A stretch of 64,000 bases of DNA. Source: Octopus vulgaris (lineage: Eukaryota). The position numbers and the translations under genes are program-made. Numbering within the stretch: position 1 is the first letter of the stretch; each line of letters opens with the position of its first letter. The stretch spans positions 54,746,001 through 54,810,000 of the forward strand of contig OX597819.1 of assembly GCA_951406725.2 (NCBI GenBank). The letters run 5' to 3'. Under the pieces are notes generated by a model. It did not search any database and had not been told where the DNA came from. It saw only the letters and a list, made by a program, of their open reading frames with translations. Positions 14,105-28,185 of this stretch are shown one piece after another.

Positions 14105-14249
14105 TTAAAAAAAACACACAAATTTCCACACGAAAGCACGTGATCTCTGCCCTTGGCATGTAGCTTCAACCGTGTTTTTCTGACGTGAATTTGCTACCCG
14201 GGTATCGGTTAACCGAAATATCCATACTAGGATAATTCATTCAACTACT

Positions 14250-14397
<148 letters not shown>

Positions 14398-14930
14398 CTG
14401 TTGAGCTGGTAGAATCGTTAGCACACCAGGCGGGAACCTTACTGGTATTTCGTCCGTTCTTACATTCTGAATTCAAATTCCGCCAAGGTCGTCTTTGCCT
14501 TTCATTCTTTTGGAGTCGATAAAATGAGTACCAGTTGAGCACTGTGTTCGATGTAATCAACTTAATTACCGCTGGGTATGAGTAATTGAAAAAAAACATA
14601 TCAAGCCATGTCGAACCAGCATCGCAGAGACGGTTTATCGCACCTGTATGATCTTAAGCTCAAATCGGTTGGTAAAGAGAGCATGCTGAGACCTTCGTCC
14701 TGCAATGGACTGAACATAGACAATCCAATCCAATCCAATCCATCGATCCGTCGATCCATCCATCCATCCATCCATCCATCCATCCATACATACATACATA
14801 CATACATACATACATACATACATACATGCATACATGCATACGACGGATGAAATACCAGTAAGCATTTCTCCCAGCGTGCTAATGACTCTGCCAGCTTACC
14901 GCCCTTATTATATATATAAATATATATATA

Positions 14931-15427
14931 CCGTAAATCCTCGAGTATAATCTGCATTTCCCCCAAATTTAATGGTCAAAATCCCTAGTGCGTACTATAT
15001 ACGAAGTTAAAAATGAAAATTATTTCCTAAGCAATGTCCGAGCCTCGATTTGCTGTCCGGCAATGTTTATTCAGACGCATTTTGTGATGTCGGGCGCGAA
15101 AATACCTTAAGCTAAGCCTGAAAGCAATGAAGTCATAAAAGAATCATCCATAACTTGCAGTAAGCAACATTTATTAAACGTTATTACTGTTATTTCTTTA
15201 TTTTCTGCAAACAAAATGCACAAAAAAGGTACACGTTTGCATTATTTTATATATAAAATAATAATAAAGGACGTTATCGTATACATTTTTACAAACCAAG
15301 GACGTTATATAGACCTCCTTGACTCAAGTTAGAGAAGGGGTGCGTATTATACACAAGGTTTAGGGTTTTCAGAGGTAAAATTCCACTGCGTATTATACTC
15401 AAGGGCGGACTATACTCGAGGATTTAC

Positions 15428-15429
<2 letters not shown>
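14931..15429. mobile_element. pogo/Tigger-like MITE
   Basis: TIRs CCGTAAATCCTCGAGTATA...TATACTCGAGGATTTACGG flanked by TA. About 500 bp, non-coding. Confidence 0.8.
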
Positions 15430-15471
<42 letters not shown>

Positions 15472-15699
15472 CATTAAAAGGCTTCCAAATAAAGAAGCAA
15501 GTGCTAGATACACAAGGGGGGGTATAAATTCAGGAAATGGACTGAAAATTAAAAACGTTTACCATCTCAGCTATTCCTGTACTGCAGTTTCATCTTCTTT
15601 TTAGCAAATGAATAGAATTCATCTGCCAAGGCCAGACTCGTCAGCAGGAAGCCTTTATAATCCAAGCTGTACGTATCGCTAGAAGCACGTACAAATCTA

Positions 15700-16246
15700 A
15701 AGATCTGTATACTCTAACTTTTCAGACCAATGCGCAGACGCAAACTACCCTCTGCTCGCCGGGTATAGAAACTGACAATCAAGAGTTCTACTGTGACGTT
15801 TGAGACGTTTGAAGAAGGACGTTCGGCGAAAGCGACCGGATCTGTAACGCGCGAAGAGGCGGACTCTTCACAATGACAATGCACACAATCACCGAGCTCT
15901 CCTCACTCGTCAGTTTCTCGACAAAAACATGGTATCACTTTCGCTTCCCCCCCCCATTCTCCAGATTTAGCACCTGCGGACTTCTCTCTCTTCCCCAAGA
16001 TGAAAATACAGTTCAAAGGTCACCGTTTGAACACCGTTGTCGAGATCAAGAGCGAATCGCAGAAGGCCATCGACTCGCTTATGGCGGACGACTTCCAGGC
16101 CGGATTCCAAAAGTGTCAGGAACGCCGGGACCGGTGTATTGCTGTGCAAGTTGACTATTTCGAAGGAGATGGTGCTAAAACTGAGGTAAATAAGTTATTT
16201 TTTATTAAACATAGTCAGTCCGGGAACTTTTTGATACCACCTCGTA
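15700..16246 (+). mobile_element. mariner transposase 3' remnant
   Basis: HSPDLAPADF (YSPDLAP motif) near 15955, FQKCQERRDRCIAVQVDYFEG, and a terminal ...CACCTCGTA. Confidence 0.8.
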
Positions 16247-16547
16247 CTCCACGTACACAGTAAACTTAAGCCTATAAATGATACTTTTAACTACAGAGCT
16301 TACTGGCTGAGGAAGCTGGCTACAGTCGTTACATCAAAATCACTGTCAACCGTTTAGTAGAAATACATTTTATATTCTACATATGCAAGAATGGCTGTGT
16401 GGTTAAGAAGCTTGCTTTCCAATCACATGGCCTCGGGTTCAGTCCAACTGCGCAACACCTTGGCAATTATTTTCTACTTATAGCCCTGAGTCGGTCAATC
16501 CCTTGTGATTCAATTTGGTAGATAGAAACTGTTTGAAAACCAGCAAC

Positions 16548-16592
<45 letters not shown>

Positions 16593-16775
16593 CATCATGA
16601 CATTTCTGTGATACACGATTCCTATTGATCATTTTTTACGATCCCTTTTAATCAAAAACCTACCCCCTTTTTCTTTTTCTTTTTCTTTTCATTTTTTTTT
16701 TCTCCCCAGAAAGAAAAGTTCTACTTTGTAATTTGTCCCCTCTGTATTCAGCCCTGTGTGGCTAATAAAGAAACA

Positions 16776-17106
<331 letters not shown>

Positions 17107-17983
17107 TATATATATATATGTGTGTATATATACATATGCTTATATATACATATATGTTTATATCTATATACACATAAACACACACACATACACACACATA
17201 TATGTGTATGCATATGCCTTTATGCCCATGTTTGTCACCCCTACCACCACTTGACAAGCAGTCTTGTTACTTTTTCATCACCGTAACTTAGCGGTTCAAG
17301 TAAACAGCCCGATAAAATAAGTACCCGGCTTTAAAAATAAAAAGCATAAGTATATGAGGTCGATTTGTTCGTCTAAAACTCTTCACTTCGATGCTCCAGT
17401 ATTGCTGTAGTCCAATGACTGAAACATGTAGAAGATACATCAGTATATTCTTTCATCGTTTCCGTCAGTGTCAGCTTAACGTTGTGAAGATTGTAGTGTA
17501 AAATGATTGAATACTATAGAACAAACGTTAGATATGGTTACTTCCTTTATTATCAATTTCATTTAATTTACAATGCGTCATGGTGGCAGAATCGTTATGG
17601 TGCCAGACGAAATGTATTTCTTCTGGCTCTTTACGTTCTGGGTTCAAATGCCATCTTGGTCGGCTTTGCATTCCTTCCTCTCGGACTTGGTAAAATAAGC
17701 TGAGCACTGGCGGAGGGTGATGTTAGCCACTTCACCCTCATCTCAAAACTGCTCACCTCGTCTAAAAATTAGCAATTTAATCACGCCTCGGTCAACATTA
17801 CCTTTCATCCTTCCGGCCACAATGAAATAAGTGCCAGCCATATAATCGACTGCTTCTACCTCAGAAATTTCTGTCTTTTTGCCTAGGTAAGAAATCAATT
17901 TAATGTTACATTTTTAATAAGATATATGCCCTTTGCCCTTTCTAACATGTAACTCACTTCTTGGCACTGTTTCAGAAAGGCAT

Positions 17984-18292
17984 TATTTATTTATGCGCCT
18001 TTTTCAAGCCTAGCCAGGCTCATGGGCCTGGTTTCCCGGTTTCTATGGTGTATGTGTCCCCCCTAGCTGGACGCGACGCCAGTCCATCGCAGCGTTACTC
18101 AAAAAACAGGAAGAAAGAGTGAGAGAAAGTTGGGGCGAAAGAATACAACAGGGGTCGCCACCACACCCTGTCGGACCTCGTGGAGCTTTAGGTTTTTTCG
18201 CTCAATAAACACACACAACGCCCGGTCTGGGAATCGAAACCGCGATCCTTCGACCGCGAGTCCGCTGCCCTAACCACTGGGCCATAACGCCT
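17984..18292 (-). mobile_element. SINE family 3 copy
   Basis: Reverse complement of the 33393-33692 element. Confidence 0.85.
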
Positions 18293-18959
18293 CCTAGGAA
18301 GACATACGTGCATGTAATTCTCACTTGACATTTTTGCAGGGAGTTTATTTTGGGGTATAAATATTACTGAAAATCCTTGCGTAAAATCGTGTCGACCGGC
18401 GAACAAGTAAAGAACTTACACTGCATATATGCGTTCGATAATGTTTATAACACTCGTGCTACTTCTAATTCACATTTGAATTTATACATCGTTCAGACAT
18501 ACCAGCAGATAGTTTCTACACCATTTTATATATAGTAATGGACAGGTTATTCAATTTGCCTCCAGTTCGATTCAGATATGTAATGTTGATACGCACAAAA
18601 ATGGCGAATCATCGATGTCCATCGCTGCTGAATGGGGCTTGGAGTGAGATTTCTCACCTATCTATGACTATGATTCTCAGGTGTTTTAACATCTGGCACT
18701 TTGAGAGAGTCATCTCTACTGAGTCAAATCGCAGCCTACAGGTGAACGCGCAGAGCATATAGACTTTGTATGTGTGTTCGACAATATATATACGCGACAT
18801 ATTTTTTTCAGTTCCTATCAAATCTACTCACAAGATTTTGGTCGGCCCAAGGCTATAGTAGAAGGCTTTTGCCCAATGTGCCATGTAATGGAAGTGAACT
18901 ATGTCGTTAGGAAGCAGATTTCCTACCATACTGGCCACGCCTACGTATAGAAAGACATT

Positions 18960-19120
18960 GCCACAGAATTTGTGAGATAATCCGACTGAAGAATGTTTTA
19001 ACTGATTACTTCCGGTTCTGATTTAATGTTGAAACGTTTCCGAATGACTCATGTATGCTTTAGTGAAGAGTGAAATCTCTTTTGGCGATATTGAGTTTAC
19101 TCCCTCACAGTAACTTGGGA
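18960..19120. promoter_or_regulatory. Inverted copy of the AP-1/ETS block
   Basis: ACTTCCGGT at 19008-19016 and TGACTCA at 19045-19051. Flanks align with the reverse complement of 4965-5100. Confidence 0.4.
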
Positions 19121-19605
19121 CGTTGGTGTTCGTCTCCATTTTGGATAAAAGCAATAAAAAAAGTAAAATCACGTTAGGTCACGTGAAGTCGCGCGAGATT
19201 TCTTTGTGCAAACAAATCAGTATGCATCTCAAAGCGAAACTCTCGAATTATTATCTCCCTTGTATTAATTTGAATTTTATAAATATTCGGTTTGAGTTTT
19301 ATGTGCATACACACACATAACCATACCTGCATTATTCGTATTTAGCAGTTCGTGTTTGCATATATGTGTGTGTGTGCCTGATTGTGGAACTTCACATGTT
19401 TTGACACGTTAATTCATAGCATTGTCTATTTATAAGTTTGTGTATATATTTATACTAAAGTTTGTACATATATTCATAAGTTTGTGTGCATATTCATTCT
19501 GTGAATTATTCTGTGGACTTAGTGTCAAGCGCATATGCACACACTCACACATATACACACATATATATATATACACCTATATTTATACATACATGCACAC
19601 ACACG

Positions 19606-19637
<32 letters not shown>

Positions 19638-20559
19638 CATGTACACAAAATGCACGTATGTATACGCATACACAGATACACAGGCATACACACACACTTG
19701 CATCTGCATAATGCAGTTTATTCGTGTTTAGATGTGTATTCATAATTGCAATGTTTCGTATTTCTTTCACATATTTTGACATCCAACTTGGTTCCTGGGA
19801 TTATTCCTGGGATTATAAGCTCGTGGAGTTGTGGATTCATAAATTGCGTATATCGTATGATGTCATGCATTTGTGTGATGTCCATAGAGTTGTGTAATGA
19901 GGGAGCTGAGCATAAGTCTTTTATGTAAAAAGTTCATATAATGAGTAAAATTGTTGTTTAGGAGACAAAACCTATCCAAGTTGGAGTGTGAGGTGATAAA
20001 GTAGGTGGTGGGGCCTGTTGAAATTTCAGAGTCTGAAATATTGCTTAAGCATGTAAGGAGAAGGTTTTATTCCTAGTATTTAAGATATTCGCATTTAACG
20101 TAATAATGTTTAATTTTTCAGTGATATGAAGTTCGAATTTGTTGCTCCTTTCACGGCATTTCTTGGCCTTGGCAATAATGTTCCCGGTAATCTGGGGGTT
20201 GATCACGTTACTCTTTTACAGTATCCATACATACTGGCTAGGAATGTTGTATGCTGTTTGCTTTTGTCTGTAAACGAAGCCAAATGCTGTCATATCTTTA
20301 TTTGAAGGTGTTTGCCGTCATTCTAACTTATTTTTGTTGCTCCGTCCGAATCTGCGATGTTGGCTTTGTACACCAGTTCTCTCTCCAAGCACCTGCTGTT
20401 CAGGGGACAGCCATCTCGAGACCTACAATTACATAGTCTTTGGTGATGGTGGTGGTGGTGGTGAGTTGTTTCTAATATTGTCATTTTTATTGCTGCATAT
20501 AATCGACCCTATATTTGGGAAGCAACTGTAGCTAACTTTAACCGTATTTCTATTGAAGA

Positions 20560-21140
20560 TGTTTATGTGAATATGCGAAGTGGTTATCTATTATCTATTA
20601 ATTTTAGGAATTTTCTAGCTATATTAGTGGCTACATTCATGCTATATAGTGAATTCTCCTCTGCTTGCGTCTTCTTCGTCTATCTACATTTAGCTCATTA
20701 TAGTTTATACGACTCTTAAAGTTGGACCTTTTTTAATCCTGTGTTTTAGTATGGGGCAGCTTTTTCGATAGTGGTTTTATCAGAGGACAGGTTGGAAATG
20801 CGTCCGCTAATGTAATTAACTAATTGTTTTGTGATTGACGGTAGGTGGTTGAAGCCCATGTCGATGTGTGGGGTCTCCTCATTTAGTTTATGGTAAGGTT
20901 TAAATTTGCCTACATTAAGGTCTAAGAAATTAACCTTAAAGTTGATGTTAATTGTACTTCTTAGGTTTAGTTGGCTAAATATTTTGTGTAATTCTTTCCT
21001 AATCCATATCGTATTCATTTGTGCTATGTGCCATTCCGAGACTGTCATCCCTATAAAGTCCTACATCAGCTTCTTTTATCTCTTTTGTAAAGACATCTAG
21101 AATGTAAAGACCAACTAGATCTGATATTTTTGACCGATGT
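20560..21140 (-). mobile_element. Penelope-like RT fragment
   Basis: SDLVGLYIL...GLYRDDSL catalytic motif and VNFLDL...KPYHK...RISNLSS. Frameshifted. Confidence 0.8.
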
Positions 21141-21154
21141 TTATATCCTGCAGC

Positions 21155-21233
<79 letters not shown>

Positions 21234-21756
21234 GCACGCGCGCAGTTTCTGGCTTAATTTCACTCACAAGGTATTGATTAAACCGAGGTAGACGACACTT
21301 GCTCACAGTGTCGTACACTTGGGACGAACCGGGAGCCGTTTGGTTGCGAAACGAACTAAACAAATATCACGCTAGTATATCAATCTGTAATAATTCATAT
21401 ACGCATGTCTTCTCGTGATTTATTATAATAAAAATCTGTGGTCGCACTAATGTCCCTGTTGTCTATCGTAATGCGGTTTTTGCGTTTCTTCCACCAAAGA
21501 TGAAGCCCGGTGATAAAGTGAAGTTGAAACAGGAGAAATCAGTTGAATGATTTCTCGAGTGATGCAAACGAATTTTTATACAATGTTAGCTTTTTGCTAT
21601 GAAGGGAGAAAGCCTGGGTAGAGAAGTTTTCTAATGTAATTAATAACATTCAGTGCTGTGGAGATCTCAACGAAAGTATTTTGTAATGATTCAGACGTAC
21701 AGGTATAGACATGATGTAGACGTCGTACAAAATAAAATATCATTAGCATTCATATT

Positions 21757-21958
21757 ACTCTTTTACCTGTTTCAATCATTTGACTGTGGCCATGCTGGAG
21801 CACCGGCTTTAGTCGAGCAAATCGACTCCAGGACTAATTCTTTGTAAACCTAGTACTTATTCTATCCGGTCTCTTTTGCTGTAACGCTAAGTTACGGGGA
21901 CGTAAACACACCAGCATCGGTTGTCAAGCGATGTTGGGGGACAAACACAGACGCACAA

Positions 21959-22027
<69 letters not shown>

Positions 22028-22207
22028 TATATACATACATATATACGACGGGCTTCTTTCAGTTTCCGTCTACCAAATCCACTCACAAGGCTTTGGTCGG
22101 CCCGAGGCTATAGTAGAAGACACTTGCCCAAGGTGCCACGCAGTGGTACTGAGCCAGGAACCATGTGGTTCGTAAGCAAGCTACTTACCATACAGCCACT
22201 CCTACGC
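21757..22207 (-). mobile_element. SINE family 2 copy
   Basis: Full-length reverse complement of the 36417-36810 element. Confidence 0.85.
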
Positions 22208-23098
22208 CACTATTAATGTTGCTTAAAACGGTGAGTGCAGCGAGCTGGCAGAATCATTGGCAGGCCGGGCAAATGCTTATTCAGCATTTCATCCGTCTTT
22301 ACGTTATGAGTTTATATTCCACCAAAATCGATTTCGCCTTTCATCCTTTTGGGGTCGATAAAATAAGTATCAGTTGAGCACTGGGGGTCGATGTAATCCA
22401 CAAGCCCTCTTCTTCTGAGATTGCTGCCCCTGAGCCGAAATTTGAAGCAAATATTTCTTATGATTGAATAAATTTTGATATCAATGAAGACTTTTGCTTT
22501 AATATCGGCTTGCTTTAATTCTTTCCTGGGATGATGTTTAAGTCATATTATTCAAGATTTAATTATAATTTGTCATCTAAAATGGAGCAATTACATATTT
22601 AATAGCCATCTATGTATCATACACTATATACATACAATATTGATAAGCTAGTTACTAAAGTAACATCTCTTATGAATATATCTCTTATGCACACAATAAA
22701 TATCTCAGAGAGAGAGAGGGGGGAGAGGAGGAAAATTCGTCCCAGTAATGGCCAGCAAGAGCGCCAGATGCATTTAGGGTTTTTAGGTCCTTTTAAGTGG
22801 CGCGTACTCGCAAGCAGTTTCATGCTTGGACGAGAAATCGTCCTCTCTGATACAAGAACAATTGAATAAACATTCGATAATGTTGCGCATAAGTCCACAA
22901 AAGATGTTATCACTGGACTAATACCGCAGTAACTGGCCTATCGATAGAGTGTCTACAGTAAGTATTATTCATAAATGACTGTTTTAATTAAATCCTGCTT
23001 CAATTGCATATGCCATATAGGTATTTTATATTTTAGAAAAATGAAAGTGATTAAACAATAATAAATCTCTGAACGCGGTATAAACAGTAGTTGCACGA

Positions 23099-23447
23099 CA
23101 ATGTGAAGTATATTTGCCACATAAATGTGGCTAACCACTAAGGGTGGATGCTATTGTAGCTTGTAGCCCCAGGAGAACATCTTTTCCAATTGGCTATTGA
23201 CACACTTTCTGTGCCCTATCAGTATTTGATTGTCGTGCGCTGACGACGGGTAAATACTCAGAAACCTGGGTCCGTGCGTATCACGTCAGGTCGACGATGA
23301 GAAGGTTGGCTTCCCTTTGCAAATAATGATAAGACACAGAAAGTGTCAATAGCCAGCTGGAGAAGATGTTCTCCTGGGGCTACAAGCTACAGTAGCATCC
23401 ACACTTAGTGGTTAGCCACATTTAAGTGGCAAATATACTTCACATTG
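23099..23447. repeat. Inverted repeat of a PLE terminal sequence
   Basis: ~130-bp arms CAATGTGAAGTATATTTGCC... / ...GGCAAATATACTTCACATTG around a ~90-bp spacer containing a hammerhead. Confidence 0.85.
23234..23278 (+). ncRNA. Minimal hammerhead ribozyme in the loop of a PLE-derived hairpin
   Basis: cgtgcg-CTGACGA-cgggt aaat actca-GAAAC-ctgg-GTC-cgtgcg. Same family as 480-525. Confidence 0.65.
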
Positions 23448-23547
23448 AAAGTGATTGAAATTTAGAAGAAAACATTTTCATATATATAAAAAAAGTAATC
23501 GTTGACGATTCACGAACACAAACAAAATTAAGTCGAAATCAATTTAT

Positions 23548-23733
23548 TTACAACAAAGAATCTAATGCATTCTGAACAAATTTGTCGAAACGATTGGGAG
23601 CGATTGCATCGATGACATCTTCTCTCGGTACGAATTCCTGCGAATGGTAAGTACCTTCAATTCCACTGTATGTCTCTTCATAAAATGTATAGCGTGTTCG
23701 GTCGCTGTATGCGAAGAGTCTGATACGGTATAA
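23548..23733 (-). CDS. Paralog C exon 6 (last coding exon; absent from the ORF track)
   Basis: Acceptor tctcgtttcAG, phase 0: LYRIRLFAYSDRTRYTFYEETYSGIEGTYHSQEFVPREDVIDAIAPNRFDKFVQNALDSLL-stop, with AATAAA overlapping the stop. 30/61 identical by hand to the exon at 63754-63945. Confidence 0.9.
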   Translation of the reverse strand, partial: LYRIRLFAYSDRTRYTFYEETYSGIEGTYHSQEFVPREDVIDAIAPNRFDKFVQNALDSLL

Positions 23734-23750
23734 CTGAAACGAGACAGTAA

Positions 23751-24250
23751 TCTATATATATATAAACGGCAAAATGTGTGTGTGTGTGTGCGTGTATGTG
23801 TGTGTGCGTGTATGTGTGTGTGTGTGTGTATCCTTTATACAAATCCACAATTTTTCAGTTAGAGGGCTCGCATTTTCTATGGTCATTCAAAACCGTCCAA
23901 GGGTGGTCGTGCACATCATTACATTTCCCCAGTCACTTCGCAAAACCATTAAAAAATCAATAGAAGTGACTTTTTTGTGAATTTTCTATCCAAAACCCAA
24001 TCAAAATGACCGAAACTTGATACGCCAATTGAATGCCAGCTAGCTGTATGTGATTGGTCGGAGATTTGGACAGTACTCGCGTGTATGTGCGCGCGCACGC
24101 AGCTGCATATGTATGCGCTAGCATATGTAGTGCTAGTGTAATATAAATGAGCTGCACAAAACAGCAAAAACCACACACACAAAAATTACATATGAAATGA
24201 GGAATGGAAACCAGAAAGTGGGCGTGAAATAAAAACATTTTTAAACAGTG
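23751..24250 (+). mobile_element. Probable Helitron 5' part abutting the paralog C exon 6 acceptor
   Basis: TCTATATATATATAAA plus (TG)n start, like the other two Helitrons. 3' end not identified. Confidence 0.4.
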
Positions 24251-26674
24251 AAATTATATGGAATTCGAAGTCAAGAAACTGTATGAATTCGCGATATAAT
24301 CTATATTTCAAATGCTATATGCTTTAGATATATATTAACTCTCTATGAAAGTAATGTGAGCATCACCAGTCCTTTTGAAATTCGAAATCTACTTATGCTT
24401 AAGAACTTTAGGGGGCTGGATAGTAGCATAAATATGACTCTAGAAGAATATGCCTTCGAGCCATGTTTTGAAGGTGCTAATATATTCTTTATTAAGATAT
24501 GCAGCCATTTAAGTAATCAAAGAAAGTTATAAGAGACATTCGCCGTTCTTAGTTCTAGTAAATTGAAATCCCTGAAAAATATATAGAAACGTGTGTACAA
24601 TGTAAAGTCAGGACTTATGAAATGAATATATTTATTTCATCAGTTGATATTCATAGGATCACGATCTATAGGATGACGACATTGCGCATTAAATTTATTC
24701 TACAAATGTATGTATGTATAACTGAGTGTGTGTGCGCATGTATGTATGTGTGCGTGTGTGAGCGCGAGCGCGCTTGTGTGTAGGTCTGTTTAGTGTAGAT
24801 TTTTTGAAATTTAAAACTGGATGTTTGAAATTTTAAAACTTTATAATAAAATAACATGTCCAAAAACAAGAAATGGAAGCAATTTTAAAATGTATATTCA
24901 CATTAGCGATTAGAGAATTGATGGGGCAGAATAGCGGACTTAAACGTTAGATTAAAGCGACTAGAAATAGACTTGTCACCTTCATGAAATTGATATATTT
25001 GTTATTAGGGCGTACTAAAGGAATTAAACATATCAGAGACACCAGATTACTTATGTGATATAATTACTGGTTTTACACATTAAAAGATCTAAATCAGAGT
25101 TGATCATCTGGTAAATAAGCGATTGTATAAGTTTCATGAAATATTCAGAGAGAAAAGTGTCTTAAAATTGTATTGTTCTTGAACAGAATATCGGAAATAG
25201 AAATATCTGTGAAAGATATAAAAGTACAAACTCCGTGGCTTCAGTGTACAAGATAAAAACTGTAAAAGGTAAGAGTTAAATAATGAATGAATTTTTTTTT
25301 ATGAGTTAATAATAAAAATAGTAACTTAAAGTCTGAATACGATAAGGACATTGATTTATGTATGTGGAGCTCATAGGATAGTTTTTGATGATTTCTTTTT
25401 ACATGTTTTATTTTAAGAGGTGTGTGTGTGGCGGGGGGTGGGGGGAGAGCCAGGTCTTTCTGAGACCGTCTGTCAGAGAAAAGTGCCCTATCCAGAAAGA
25501 TATCTGACATTTATCCATTTAATGTTGCAAATATGAAACCTGAGTTTCATTAGAATGAAGCCTGCTGTTTCAAAAAGGCAATAAAACTTAATAAAGAGGT
25601 AATTCTTTTAAGAAACTCCGAATGATGCCAGTACTAAAACACACGAGTAAAACACATATTTGGTGGCTTCTTAATTTCAATATATTTTCTAAATTTGACT
25701 CAAGATCACACGTTTTCTTCGCTTTTTAAGTTGTTGTTTGTTCCTTCTCGAGCCGTACCTGTCTCATAAGGGCCGCCGATTTCTCGGTTTCATTTGCGTA
25801 TAAGTTCCCCACCTGGACGGGATGCCGGTCCGTCTCAGATGAGCTGCTAGATGCAGGAGGAAAGAGTGAGAGAAAGTTGTGGCAAAAGAGTCAGCAGAAG
25901 TTCGCCAAGAACCGCATGGAGCTTAGGTGTTTCGCTCATAAACACAGACATCGCCTGGTCTAAGATTGGAACCTGCGATCCTTCGACCGCGAGTCCGCTG
26001 CTCTAACCACTAGGCCATGTGTCTCCACTGCTTTTTAAGTTTGCTGGAACAAATGCATGTCATTAACATCTCATTTCTTTAACATCAACCAAACATTTTT
26101 CTTTATCAGATAAAAGTTTGGCGGGAATTCCTTTCTGTTTATTATTCCAGCTGACTGCCCAAGTTATTCAATCTCATTAATCGTTTTTTTTCTTCATTTT
26201 TTTAGGTGTAAAACAAAAGAAAATGGTTTTCGTTTTAGCTTACAATACTACTCTGCATGATGAAATTAGAATCGTGATAGAACAATAATCTTGAATCCTA
26301 CTCCAGAGGTTTTGAATGTTCTATGCAAATAAGATTTTAACCGACTAACAATAAGATGTTCCGTATGGATTCAGTGCAATCGGCAACAATGACAGAGTGC
26401 TCATCAGGGATATCAAAGTAGCAAACACCGTCAATGATGTGTCATTATGAAGGGATTATAACTTAAGGATAAGAATTGGGTTTTGATTTAAGTAGTTTAA
26501 AAGAATAAAAAATAGCCATGTATTCTGTTCAAGAACAAAACAAATGTATGCGCATTGTCTGTAGGTCTGTTGCTGCTGTGTTTGTCCTGAGATAACATCA
26601 CTTATGTACTTAGTGTGTTAAAAATACTATAAGTATCAGAGAGAGATACTGGATTAACAATAAGAAATAATTAC

Positions 26675-26893
26675 CTTAAAATAAGGTTTCATTGGATCAG
26701 GATATCTCAAAATTCCAACATCCACCACATCACGAGTTACCTTTTTGTTGGCATAGAACAGAGTTGCAAAGCTTTTGACGGCGACACCAGTAGCAGAAGC
26801 AATATTTTTAAAATCCTGTAATTCGATTTTAGTTGATTGAAGCACATCCGAATCATTAATTAGTTCTTTGAACCAGGAATCGATTTTGATCGC
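26675..26893 (-). CDS. Paralog C exon 5
   Basis: Acceptor ttcatatatAG, donor GTAATT, phase 0-0, 73 codons: AIKIDSWFKELINDSDVLQSTKIELQDFKNIASATGVAVKSFATLFYANKKVTRDVVDVGILRYPDPMKPYFK. Confidence 0.88.
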
Positions 26894-27014
26894 CTATATA
26901 TGAACGAGAAATTGTTTATTTTTCTTTCTTTAATTATCAATATGATCATTTTCTGTTTAAAGGGATTCATTAAGATTATGAAAAAAATTGTAAGAGATTA
27001 ACGCAAATTGTATG

Positions 27015-27074
<60 letters not shown>

Positions 27075-28069
27075 TACACAAACACACATATACACATACA
27101 CACCTTGATTTATTTCTTGATTTATCGTAATGTGTCAAAAATATCCGTCGTAGACGTCACTGACGCAATTCCACAACATATTGAAACTTACTGGCTGGAT
27201 ATTATTTTCTGTTCTACTTTCACTTTTTTTTTCTTTTTATTTATTGAAGTAGTTAATCCTTTTTAACTTGACAATTTAATTTAACTAGTCAAATTTAATA
27301 TTTATTTCTTCGACACCAGATTATTATAACCCATCCAACCAATAAAAGAGAAATATTTAAGAATCTGCTGATCGTTTTGCCTGCATACACCTCGCTAGTA
27401 ATTGCTACAGCACCATTTGTTTAGGGGGCCCTTTAGAATACTAGAGTATTCTCGAGGTTCTTAGCATGTGCTGCTTCTTTTGAAGGAATGGACGTCTCGT
27501 TTTGGTGTAAAGACTAAACCGGTAACAAAAATAGGGATAAAATAGCAGTTTAGTTCGAAGTGGTGGCTGAGTTTGCAGGCACAAAATCAATACTATTTTG
27601 CAGGGTTGGTTACTGCACGTGAGCACGGATCGTTGCATGGCTCAGTTGCTTCCCGATATCCCGGTTTGGCACCAAGCTAGACAACGGTTCCTTCCAAATT
27701 GGTACGGCTTTTCGCATGGGTTCGTGTATAAGCCGAATATTAAAGCGAATATAAGGTAGATCAACCCGAAAGAATATCATGCGTTATGGTACAGTTTCAG
27801 AGCTGGGGATGCTCCCGACATGTCGAAATTAGTAATACAATCAAAGGATCTCGAGCGTCTGTGGGAACATCGGTTATCTTGGAGGCTACCGATGAAGATA
27901 ACGCTAAAAGCAAAATCCTAGACGGAGTGATCTGTCTTCTGTAGGCCTAGAATCACCGTTTGTTTCTGAAACACCACTGCCGCCAAGATTTAGCCAGGAT
28001 ACTGCGATCCATTCATAGGCTGCTTCGAAGTGGGTCGAGAAAAGGAAGCGGAGAAGTTACGCTTAGTTT

Positions 28070-28185
<116 letters not shown>

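Noticed and set aside
19120-22960. A plus-strand paralog downstream of the inverted AP-1/ETS block
   Set aside because: No exon homologous to the family was found by eye.
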